From an uncultured Acidimicrobiia bacterium (GTDB taxonomy: Bacteria; Acidobacteriota; Terriglobia; Versatilivoradales; Versatilivoraceae): DNA of 64,000 nucleotides. Under the pieces are notes generated by a model. It searched no databases. It saw only the letters and a list, made by a program, of their open reading frames with translations, and was not told the DNA's origin. Positions 41,589 through 50,040 of the stretch are shown one piece after another. The stretch spans positions 256,001 through 320,000 of the forward strand of contig CAWBAT010000009.1 in assembly GCA_963786955.1 (NCBI GenBank), read 5' to 3'. Numbering within the stretch: the first letter of the stretch is position 1; the number at the start of each line of letters is the position of its first letter. A program made the translations under genes and the position numbers.

Positions 41589-42092
41589 TTCTGGGCAGCG
41601 GAGTCTGCCGAAATGGCAGGCCTTCTAAGTGGCCTTGCGGAGCTCAGCTCATTTGACCTGGGAATCTAGGCCGGAACCACCTATGGCGGACTATTCCCAT
41701 CGTCTCAGTTTCCGGTTACGCCGTAATACGTCAACTTGACTTGGTTTTGGTAATCACTAGCCGACAAGGCAGGATCTATCCAAGTATGTCCGCGCAAAAA
41801 CTGAGCACAAACTGGAGGTGAATCCAAAATCGCGTTCCGAAGTGACTGGCCGTCTAACGGCTCAACGTTCAGCCGCAAACGGCGCGAAAGCCTGCTTCAG
41901 TTGCGCCGTATCGCCACTCGTCGTTTGGTGGCTGCAGTGCCGGGCAGTCTGTTGCGTAATGCGACCAATGTTCCAACTCATTCTGCGATCCCCATCGCGC
42001 GGAAGACTTTCCAGCCGCCGTCCGGGAGCTTCTTGAGCGCCCTCAGCGAGTAAGCCAGCCCGCCAACGACAGCCACGTCGCTGTGCGGCCAA

Positions 42093-42650
42093 TCAACTCG
42101 CGCGTCGTGTACGCCCAATATGCCGCCCCATAAGAAGGCTGAATGCACGCGACCACGCGTTATCAGGTCGTAGAGAAGCAGGCCGACAGAATACTGCGGT
42201 CAGGCTCATAGACGTCAATGTGTTCAGCGGCAGACTCGAAAACGCAAGCACGCCACTAGGCAACAAGAGGCGATCGAGCGCGGCGCCCGCCGTCACGATC
42301 GTCGCGAGCATCATCAGTCGCTTGTGGCTGTCGCGCTTGCGCCTGTTTTATAGACCCACCGCCACCAGCACAGCAAAAATAGCCAGGTTGCCGAGCGGAA
42401 CCGCAAGAAATTCCAACGGGGGCGGAAGCTCTGGAACCTGACCGCGTTTCGCTGCGGCGACCGCGACAGCGGTTCCCACGACGAGCATCGCTACCGCCAG
42501 CAACTGTAAGGTACACCAGCGCTGTCGGTTCTTGTACTTCCACGGAATGCTATTTACATTGTGGGTCGTGCTCTTCGTGACACAAACTGCGCTGGTCGCC
42601 GCGAGGCGCACTGACATGCACCGACGTCTCGGAGTCATCGGCGCTCCTGA
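42093..42650. pseudogene. Broken integral membrane protein gene, pieces on both strands
   Basis: Plus 42532-42650 HGMLFTLWVVLFVTQTALVAARRTDMHRRLG; minus about 42510-42093 LAVAMLVVG...VAVGL*NRRKRDSHKRLMMLATI. Confidence 0.65.
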
Positions 42651-42658
42651 TTGCGCCT

Positions 42659-43195
42659 CTAAGGCGCGACTTTGGTGGAGGTTCCATCTACGATGGTTAC
42701 ATAACGGCCGTTCGCGTCGAGCATTTCATACTTCGACGTAAGCTGAGAGGCTGATTTGATGGTGACTGTCGTTCTTCCTTTGACGGCTTTGCCAAACACC
42801 TTGTCTTCAACCATCCACGTCCAAGTATTTCCGTTAGCCGTTCCTGTGCCGATACCCACAAGTCCGGCGCTGTTCGCGTAATATGATGTGTAGACCTTCG
42901 CATGGCTGTCGTAGGCCATGATGCCGACGGTCCTCGGTATGATTTGCCCTTCAGCGCGGCGAAATTCGAGATAGAATCCCCCCGGATCTAATGTATATGT
43001 TTCGGTGGTGACAAACTTAGCGGCCGGCACAAACTCGTTGGCTTTTATCTCGCCTTCCGTTTTCCATGTGCCAAGGAAGTACTCCAACTTCTTGTGCTCG
43101 GGGCCTGGCTTGGGGGGCTCTGGTGGAGCTTGTGCGAGCGAGAGTGCTGTGAATCCGCAGATCAGAATGACGGCGACCGACGATCGTATGCTCAT
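42659..43195 (-). CDS. Secreted DUF1579-like protein
   Basis: SD AAGGAG, signal peptide, PKPGPEHKKLEYFLGTWKTEG, MAYDSHAKVY. Confidence 0.78.
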   Translation of the reverse strand: MSIRSSVAVILICGFTALSLAQAPPEPPKPGPEHKKLEYFLGTWKTEGEIKANEFVPAAKFVTTETYTLDPGGFYLEFRRAEGQIIPRTVGIMAYDSHAKVYTSYYANSAGLVGIGTGTANGNTWTWMVEDKVFGKAVKGRTTVTIKSASQLTSKYEMLDANGRYVTIVDGTSTKVAP

Positions 43196-43311
43196 TTTCT
43201 TCTCCTTTGAAAGCGCGATCAGGTTTCTCGAGGCGCTCCCTTTTGTCAATGAACGTTACGACTCCGTCGGTGACATGTCCTTAAGGATTTGCTAAGATTC
43301 GCCTAAATCTT

Positions 43312-44667
43312 ATGGCCAGCCGTGAGGTATTTCATTTCGACAAGTTCACGCTCGACGTGCAAGAGCGGCGTCTGATGCGCGGCACGGAAGCCGTTCGCTT
43401 GTCACCGAAGGCTTACGATATGCTGGTTGCGTTGGTGCAGCGGCGGGGCCGTCTGGTTACGAAGGACGAATTGCTGAGACGCCTCTGGCCCGAGTCATTC
43501 GTCGAAGAAGGCGGTCTCACCGTTCACGTGTCGGCGCTGCGCAAGGCGCTTGGCGAGGACGCCCACCGGCCGATCTATATCGAAACGGTGGCGCGGTCCG
43601 GGTATCGCTTCATCGCTGCAGTCCGGTGCGATCTGGCCCACGAGAAGCCATTAACACCGAGCGCCATAACGCGACCCGTCGAACTCTACGAACTGGTCGG
43701 CCGCGGCCGGTCTCACCTGTTGTCAGGCTCGTACTTCGAACTGCCTGCTGCCGAGGACGCCTTTCGTTCCGCGATCGCGATCGATTCGACCTATGCACCG
43801 GCGCACGCCGGCTTGGCGCGCACACGGTGCGTGCAGGCAGCGTTTCGGGTCGTGCCGCACCAGGAAGCGTTTACGGAGGCGAAAGCGTCTGCCTTACGCG
43901 CGCTGGCGATGGACAGCGCCTCGGCGGACGCGCAGGTTGCCCTTGGCACGGTCCTTTTTCTGAGCGAGTGGGACTGGACGGCGGCGGAGCGCAGCCTGCA
44001 CCGTGCGCTCGAAATCAATCCGGATCACACCGAGGCGCTCCTGCAGTATGGGTCGCTCCAGGAAGCGCTCGGGCGGCTCGACGATGGGCTGCGTTGCAAG
44101 CAACAGGCGCTCGCGCGCGATCCGCGATCGCCCGGAGTTCTAGTGCAGATCGCCATCTCGTATTGGCATCAGCGGAAGTACGACGAGACGCTCGTCTGGG
44201 CTCGGCGAGCTCTTGAGATCGATCCGAAGCATATGCTGGCGGTTCAACTCATTAACCACGTCTATATGAAGATCGGGGACGTCCATAGATTCGCGGCCTG
44301 GACCGTCAGTAAGGCCATCGAGTGCGGCCTTTCCGAAGAGAAGGTGGCGGTGTTGAAGCAGGTCACCGCGGACATGCAGCACGTGTACGCGACGGCCGGC
44401 CTCTCCGGGGTGAGGCGATTCATAGTGGATCAGATCACGAACCCGCAACTGGACTTCGACGTGTTGCTGAAGATGGCATTCTTCCGCGCCATTCTGTATG
44501 GGGACGCAGGCCGGCTCGATGAAGCGTTCGACTACCTCGATCACGCCATTGGGTTCCGCGACCCAGCACTCGTTCACCTGGCGGTCGCACCCGATTGGGA
44601 GAGCTTGCGCGGTGACCCGCGGTTCACAGAACGCCTGCGATCGATGCGACTGTCCTACGCCGCCTGA
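43312..44667 (+). CDS. CadC/OmpR-type winged-helix regulator with TPR repeats
   Basis: LSPKAYDML...VTKDELL...LTVHVSALRKAL...IETVARSGYRF; TPRs; LRGDPRF. Confidence 0.9.
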   Translation: MASREVFHFDKFTLDVQERRLMRGTEAVRLSPKAYDMLVALVQRRGRLVTKDELLRRLWPESFVEEGGLTVHVSALRKALGEDAHRPIYIETVARSGYRFIAAVRCDLAHEKPLTPSAITRPVELYELVGRGRSHLLSGSYFELPAAEDAFRSAIAIDSTYAPAHAGLARTRCVQAAFRVVPHQEAFTEAKASALRALAMDSASADAQVALGTVLFLSEWDWTAAERSLHRALEINPDHTEALLQYGSLQEALGRLDDGLRCKQQALARDPRSPGVLVQIAISYWHQRKYDETLVWARRALEIDPKHMLAVQLINHVYMKIGDVHRFAAWTVSKAIECGLSEEKVAVLKQVTADMQHVYATAGLSGVRRFIVDQITNPQLDFDVLLKMAFFRAILYGDAGRLDEAFDYLDHAIGFRDPALVHLAVAPDWESLRGDPRFTERLRSMRLSYAA

Positions 44668-44748
44668 CCAGCCCCGTTAGGAATTCTCCTCGGACCAATA
44701 TAACTTGGTTCTAAGTACGGATATCGCGCGAAGCCCCACCATTGGAAA

Positions 44749-44773
44749 GCGGAGAGGGGGGATTTGAAAACCC
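44749..44773 (-). other. tRNA-Ser-like 3'-end fragment (att relic)
   Basis: gcggagaggggggatttgaa is the reverse complement of a TTCAAATCCCCCCTCTCCGC T-arm/acceptor end. Confidence 0.45.
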
Positions 44774-44963
44774 ACAAAGAGTGACGGAATATCACGTTAG
44801 CTTCGAATCGTAACGATACTGGATTCACAATGGGCATGTCGGGACACGCGCTGGGTCACAGTTCTTCATACCCGCCAACGTAGTCTCTTGGATGCAAGGC
44901 TCCGTTATGTAGGCCCCACCGCAGGAGTCCCGGATTCGTGCACGCGCCCTTTGTGAACTAATC

Positions 44964-45662
44964 TCATTTACTTCTCCTTTCGTTTTGCTTCACAAAACAC
45001 TGCGGACAAAAGCCTACGCTATAGTAAATTGGGGCATTTTTCACTAGGTGAGTTAGGTGCCACGGCCACGACCGCCACCTCCTCCGCCAAATGTCACGAA
45101 AGTACGCCGTCCAATTCGTGTATTCCACTTTGATTGTCAGTTCATGCCCGCAGGCATATTTCGTGATGACAGTCTTTGGATCTGGCTTCCACATCGGTGA
45201 TTTGATTTTGATCTCTTCGTCGTCTCCCGACGGCATTACTTCGCATGGCACGCCATAGACATAACCAATCCAGCCAGCCAGCGGCTCGATTGCCGGTGTG
45301 CACCAGAGTCGCTTGGGATAGCCGAACTGCGCACGATAGCCATCCTCATGCTCGATGACCTTACCCCATAGGTTAATCTCGCCGTAGACGAGCCTGAGTC
45401 CAGAATTGGTTTTTCCTATCTCACGTAGGAGTCTCGGCTTCTCCTTGTAAGCATAGATGCCACACGTACAAGTCAGGTGTGGTGCCTGCTGCTCGCTGGG
45501 ATCCTTCCCAAGGACCAAGGTGCCAATGGTCGAATACTGTTCACAGCGCGCTTCAATCTTCTCACGAGGCACGTAGATCGTGTCGTTGCCAAGATTGGCA
45601 AGGAAGTGCGGATACATGAAGTTCCATAGTCGCCAGCCGACGATGGGTTCTCGGACGATCAC
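44964..45662 (-). CDS. Cys-rich hypothetical protein
   Basis: GWRLW, APHLTCTCGIYAYK, GEINLWGKVIEHEDGYRAQ, C-terminal CGH...CPQC. Confidence 0.78.
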   Translation of the reverse strand: MIVREPIVGWRLWNFMYPHFLANLGNDTIYVPREKIEARCEQYSTIGTLVLGKDPSEQQAPHLTCTCGIYAYKEKPRLLREIGKTNSGLRLVYGEINLWGKVIEHEDGYRAQFGYPKRLWCTPAIEPLAGWIGYVYGVPCEVMPSGDDEEIKIKSPMWKPDPKTVITKYACGHELTIKVEYTNWTAYFRDIWRRRWRSWPWHLTHLVKNAPIYYSVGFCPQCFVKQNERRSK

Positions 45663-45778
45663 TACGCTGGCTCCTTGACTGGATCGGCTGGCTGCTCGAA
45701 TGGTACTTCTTTCTCTGGTACCGGTTCTTCTAGTGGCACAACTTCGATGATTCTTAGTGGTTCACCTATCTGAGACAT
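45662..45778 (-). CDS. 38-aa Pro/Glu/Val-rich peptide, absent from the ORF track
   Basis: MSQIGEPLRIIEVVPLEEPVPEKEVPFEQPADPVKEPA*; SD AAGGAG 7 nt upstream; TAG overlaps the next GTG start. Confidence 0.75.
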   Translation of the reverse strand: MSQIGEPLRIIEVVPLEEPVPEKEVPFEQPADPVKEPA

Positions 45779-46259
45779 GCTGTACTCCTTTCATTATGAT
45801 ATGCGCCAGCCCGAGTATGACCTCGGAAAACCTGCGCGATTGTCCGCAAGCACGTTATTGATATCAGCAGGTACCTCCAGTGATTATAGCAGGACCCATG
45901 CCGTCCTGCTACTTCTGCGGCGTCCGGAACGCTTTCATTGCTTCCCACGCACCTGGCGCCTGCCGTTCGAGCCACGCGACGTACCGGGTAACTGCCTGTT
46001 CGAGATTCCGAGAGAGCTTGGAATTGTTTGTCATCTTGCGGAGGTCGTAGACGATGTCTTTCACCTTTCCCAGGTGCCAACCATTTCGCCGCCGGCAGAT
46101 TCGAAAAGACCCGGCGACAACGTAAAAAAGACGATCGGAACGAAACGACCCACGGTGCAGTGTTTGCTCCTGCGCTACGGCACTAGTGTTCGACATATCT
46201 GCCTTCCAAATCTTCCGAATGGTTCACTGCACAGTTCGTTGCAAAGGTAAAGTTCTTCG

Positions 46260-46867
46260 AAGCGCGATCAGGTTTCTCGAGGCGCTCCCTTTTGTCAATG
46301 AACGTTACGACTCCGTCGGTGACATGTCCTTAAGGATTTGCTAAGATTTGCCTAAATCTTATGGCCAGCCGTGAGGTATTTCATTTCGACAAGTTCACGC
46401 TCGACGTGCAAGAGCGGCGTCTGATGCGCGGCACGGAAGCCGTTCGCTTGTCACCGAAGGCTTACGATATGCTGGTTGCGTTGGTGCAGCAGCGGGGCCG
46501 TCTGGTTACGAAGGACGAATTGCTGAGACGCCTCTGGCCCGAGTCATTCGTCGAAGAAAGCGGTCTCACCGTTCACGTGTCGGCGCTGCGCAAGGCGCTT
46601 GGCGAGGACGCCCACCGGCCGATCTATATCGAATCGGTGGCGCGGTCCGGGTATCGCTTCATCGCTGCAGTCCGGTGCGATCCGGCCCACGAGAAGCCAT
46701 TAACACCGAGCGCCATAACGCGACCCGTCGAACTCTACGAATTGGTCGGCCGCGGCCGGTCTCACCTGTTGTCAGGCTCGCACTTCGAACTGCCTGCTGC
46801 CGAGGACGCCTTTCGTTCCGCGATCGCGATCGATCCGACCTATGCACCGGCGCACGCCGGCTTGGCG
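46260..46867 (+). repeat. 608-bp near-identical duplicate of 43211..43818
   Basis: Constant offset 3049; about eight substitutions seen by eye. Confidence 0.95.
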
Positions 46868-46870
46868 TGA
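46361..46870 (+). pseudogene. Truncated copy of the wHTH-TPR regulator
   Basis: 169 aa nearly identical to the N-terminus of 43312..44667; stop created at the junction. Confidence 0.88.
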
Positions 46871-47391
46871 TGCGAACAGCAGGAAACCCTTTAACGATGG
46901 CCAACATGCTCCGGTCCGCGATACGCGAGTTGGATGTGGAGCTGCCGTTGGCGAACGTGCTCACAATGCAGGAGGTTCTGTCGGAGTCAGTGGGTAGCCG
47001 AAGATTCCAGACATTGTTGGCAGCTGTGTTTGCAAGTGCAGCTTTGCTGTTGGCAGGCCTTGGAATCTACGGCGTGATCTCATACAGTGTGGCCCGGCTG
47101 ACGAATGAGATGGGGATTCGAATTGCGTTGGGTGCCCAAGCGTCACAAGTTTCGATGCTGGTATTACGGCAAGGAATTCGACCCGTGTTGGGAGGATTAC
47201 TCGTCGGGGTGGCCGCTGCACTGGCAGCGGGGCAATTGGTCGGCAGCTTCCTGTTCGGCACCGAAGCGCGCGACCCGATGGCTATCTTGGCGGTGGTCAT
47301 GATGCTGCTTCTGGTCGCCTTGGCCGCGTGTTGGGCTCCTGCGCGGCGAGCGTCCCGAATTGACCCGATGGCTGCGCTGCGTGATCAGTAA
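46867..47391 (+). pseudogene. C-terminal fragment of a MacB/FtsX-type ABC permease (ADOP-like)
   Basis: GIYGVISYSV, EMGIRIALGA, PARRASRIDPMAALR; N-terminal part missing. Confidence 0.88.
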
Positions 47392-47429
47392 CAGGGGCTT
47401 CGAAGCACGTCTACTGTTTTGCACAGCGG

Positions 47430-48509
47430 CTAGTGTAGTGCGTCTAACGCTTCTTTACATTTGATAACTTTGGCCAGTATTTGGTCAGCTGTTGCTGTCC
47501 AAACGAAAACCTGAGGTTTTTCGTTATGCTTCCGCAAGTAGTCTTCGATGACGGCTACCAAATCAGGAACACTGGCAAAAGAACCGCGGCGAATGCGTTT
47601 CTCCGTGAGATTGCGAAACCAGCGTTCTACCAGATTCAGCCAAGAGCTCGAGGTCGGAGTAAAGTGCAAATGAAACCTGGGGTGGCGTCGAAGCCAGGAC
47701 ACTACGCGGGGATGTTTGTGTGTTCCGTAATTGTCGACGATCAGATGCAGGTTCAGCTCATCGGGAGTCTGGCAGTCGATCCGCTTCAAAAACCGAATGA
47801 ACTCCTGGTGGCGATGCCTCGGCATACAATCGCCGATCACGCGGCCGTCCAGCAGGCTCAGGGCGGCATACAGCGTCGTGGTGCCGTGGCGTTTGTAATC
47901 GTGAGTCAGGGTGCCACAACGCCCCTTCTTCAAAGGCAACCCCGGCTGAGTTCGATCCAGGGCTTGAATCTGCGATTTCTCGTCGACGCACAGCACCAGC
48001 GACTTATCGGGAGGATTCAGGTACAAGCCCACAATGTCACGCAGTTTCTCGATAAACCGTTTGTCTCGGCTGAGCTTAAAGGTCTTCGTCAGGTGGGGCT
48101 TCAGATTATGTTGTTTCCAGACCCGCCGGATGGTGGCTTCACTAAGCCCCTGAGCCGCTGCCATCGTGCGGGTGCTCCAGTGCGTCGCATTCGGCGGTTT
48201 GCTATGCAACGTTGCTTCTATGACGGCTCGAATCTTTGGGTCAGGAATTTTCGGAAAGCGTCCGGGGCGCGGCGCATCCTTCTCCAGACCTTCCAGCCGA
48301 AGCGCCAGAAACCGCTGGCGCCAGAGTTGTACCGTAGGGCGAGATACTCGCAGCGCCTGCGCGATAGCCTGACTCTGCATACCCTCAGCCGCCATCTGAA
48401 TGATCTGCGCCCGCTGAACGACTCGCAGAGGCATGCTTCGACTCCGTGCCCAGGTTTCCAAAATAGAGTGTTCTTCGGTCGAAAGGAAAATCATCGGGGC
48501 TATTCTCAT
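47430..48509 (-). CDS. IS630 family transposase
   Basis: THWSTR, VDEKSQIQAL, HDYKRHGTTTL, VDNYGTHK, SWLNLVERWF. Confidence 0.95.
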   Translation of the reverse strand: MRIAPMIFLSTEEHSILETWARSRSMPLRVVQRAQIIQMAAEGMQSQAIAQALRVSRPTVQLWRQRFLALRLEGLEKDAPRPGRFPKIPDPKIRAVIEATLHSKPPNATHWSTRTMAAAQGLSEATIRRVWKQHNLKPHLTKTFKLSRDKRFIEKLRDIVGLYLNPPDKSLVLCVDEKSQIQALDRTQPGLPLKKGRCGTLTHDYKRHGTTTLYAALSLLDGRVIGDCMPRHRHQEFIRFLKRIDCQTPDELNLHLIVDNYGTHKHPRVVSWLRRHPRFHLHFTPTSSSWLNLVERWFRNLTEKRIRRGSFASVPDLVAVIEDYLRKHNEKPQVFVWTATADQILAKVIKCKEALDALH

Positions 48510-48569
48510 GACTCGACATCATAGCCAAGTCAGTAATATAAGTAAAGTTATTTATGACGCATACCACTA
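47431..48569 (-). mobile_element. IS630-family insertion sequence
   Basis: CTAG at both ends; imperfect IR tagtgtagtgcgtctaa / tagtggtatgcgtcataa. Confidence 0.9.
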
Positions 48570-48698
48570 GCAGATTCTCGTGTTTAAGGCCCGCAAGGGA
48601 ACTGGTTGGCCCCAACATCCTCCCTAACGCCGCAGCGTTTACCAATTCATTCCAGTGGTCGTATAGTCGCGTAACCGGAAACTAACAATACTGAAGCT

Positions 48699-48908
48699 TT
48701 GGGAGAATACCCAAAGTACGTACAGGAACAGTTAAGCCATGCGTCTATCACCACCACGTTCGATACCTACGGTCACCTTATGTCGAGGGCACGGAAGGAA
48801 GCGGCTGCAAAACTGGAAAAATCGCTTTTTAACGATGATTCAAAGGGAACTGGTACCCAATTGGTACCCGAAACAGGTCTTCAGGAAGTAAATGAGCGCG
48901 TCAACTAA
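48699..48908 (+). pseudogene. Tyrosine integrase C-terminal stump
   Basis: KYVQEQLSHASITTTFDTYGHLM...ERVN, paralogous to the end of 40920..41525. Confidence 0.85.
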
Positions 48909-48941
48909 ATTGGAATTGATTGCAGCTGCAGGAGTTAGTAA

Positions 48942-49016
<75 letters not shown>

Positions 49017-49037
49017 GTAGTGGCTCCGACGGGCGCA

Positions 49038-49065
49038 ATTATAGTCGAATGCCCTGCCCTGTCAA
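49038..49065 (-). promoter_or_regulatory. Sigma-70 promoter of the tRNA
   Basis: TTGACA-N16-TATAAT on the minus strand. Confidence 0.85.
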
Positions 49066-49305
49066 TATGAGTTTTAACAGTCCCGATCTCATTTAGTTAG
49101 ATCCATAAGATCCTTCTAGACCTCTTGTTCATTAATGGGGCTCCATAAGGGGAAAAAACACAATCAGAACGATAAATAGAAGTCCCCCGATGGGGCTGAG
49201 AGGAAGAGACATCGACCTTAGACCCCCGTTAGATTAGAGAGAGGCAGTCACCACTCGAATTGAGACAGTCGCCCAGGAGTTGACTGGGCTGTGATGGATT
49301 GCGCC

Positions 49306-49334
49306 TTGACAAAGAACGGGTTGGACTGTATAAG
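49306..49334 (+). promoter_or_regulatory. Sigma-70 promoter of rpsT
   Basis: TTGACA-N17-TATAAG. Confidence 0.65.
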
Positions 49335-49414
49335 GTTGATGCACATTTTGTGTCGTGGACCTGCAAAAATGCAATACTATCCACCGACTAATCAGGAATC
49401 CGGAGAGCTTCTGA

Positions 49415-49696
49415 ATGGCAAATCATAAGTCAGCTGAAAAAAGATATCGTCAGAGCGAAAAAAGAAGAGCAGTGAATAAGAGCAATCTGAGTCGGCTCCG
49501 CACTCAGCTCAAAAAAATAAGAGCGGCGGTCACTGCGAAGAACAAGGACGACGTGAAGGCTTTGTTGTCTCCCACCCTCTCCTTGATCGATCGATCCATC
49601 CAAAAAGGGACCTTGCATAGGAACGCCGCGGCTCGCTATAAATCGCGCTTGATGCGGCAAGCCCATGAGATTCAGTCTGCACAGCCATCCTCATAA
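49415..49696 (+). CDS. rpsT: 30S ribosomal protein S20
   Basis: MANHKSAEKRYRQSEKRR...KGTLHRNAAARYKSRL. Confidence 0.97.
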   Translation: MANHKSAEKRYRQSEKRRAVNKSNLSRLRTQLKKIRAAVTAKNKDDVKALLSPTLSLIDRSIQKGTLHRNAAARYKSRLMRQAHEIQSAQPSS

Positions 49697-49931
49697 TCTA
49701 GTCTGATCTTACCGTATTCCCCCGTCCCCAGACAGTCACAGAAACTCCCGCTTGCGTTCAAGCCTGCGTCGGGGGACAGCGATCCCACACACATGCTCTA
49801 CCCAGCGACGCTCATACAACTTCGGAACACGGGTGAAGTCGAGCTAGTCGCACATCCCCGGCGCTTGTGCAAGGCGGAAGGGAAAAAATAAAAGCACCTC
49901 CCCTTGGTTAAGGTGGACTCCAGTGGGTAAG

Positions 49932-50012
49932 GTAGGGCGGTCTCGCTGAGACCGCCGACACCAGTTTGGGCATGGCGGCGCGCACGGCGTGCGCGCCCTA
50001 CCAGAGCGACCA
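49932..50012. repeat. GTAG REP doublet, copy of 18876..18956
   Basis: Same two palindromes and the same cagagcgacca tail. Confidence 0.85.
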
Positions 50013-50040
50013 AATGCTGACTGTGTTCAGGAAGCTTTTG

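Noticed and set aside
45909-46196. 95-aa ORF as an intact gene
   Set aside because: Appears chimeric: a membrane-protein N-terminus joined to an unrelated C-terminus.
43211-46867. Duplication as a DGR template/variable repeat pair
   Set aside because: Differences are few and not adenine-specific, and there is no reverse transcriptase in the window.
47481-48524. 347-aa plus-strand ORF
   Set aside because: Antisense shadow of the IS630 transposase with no recognisable motifs.
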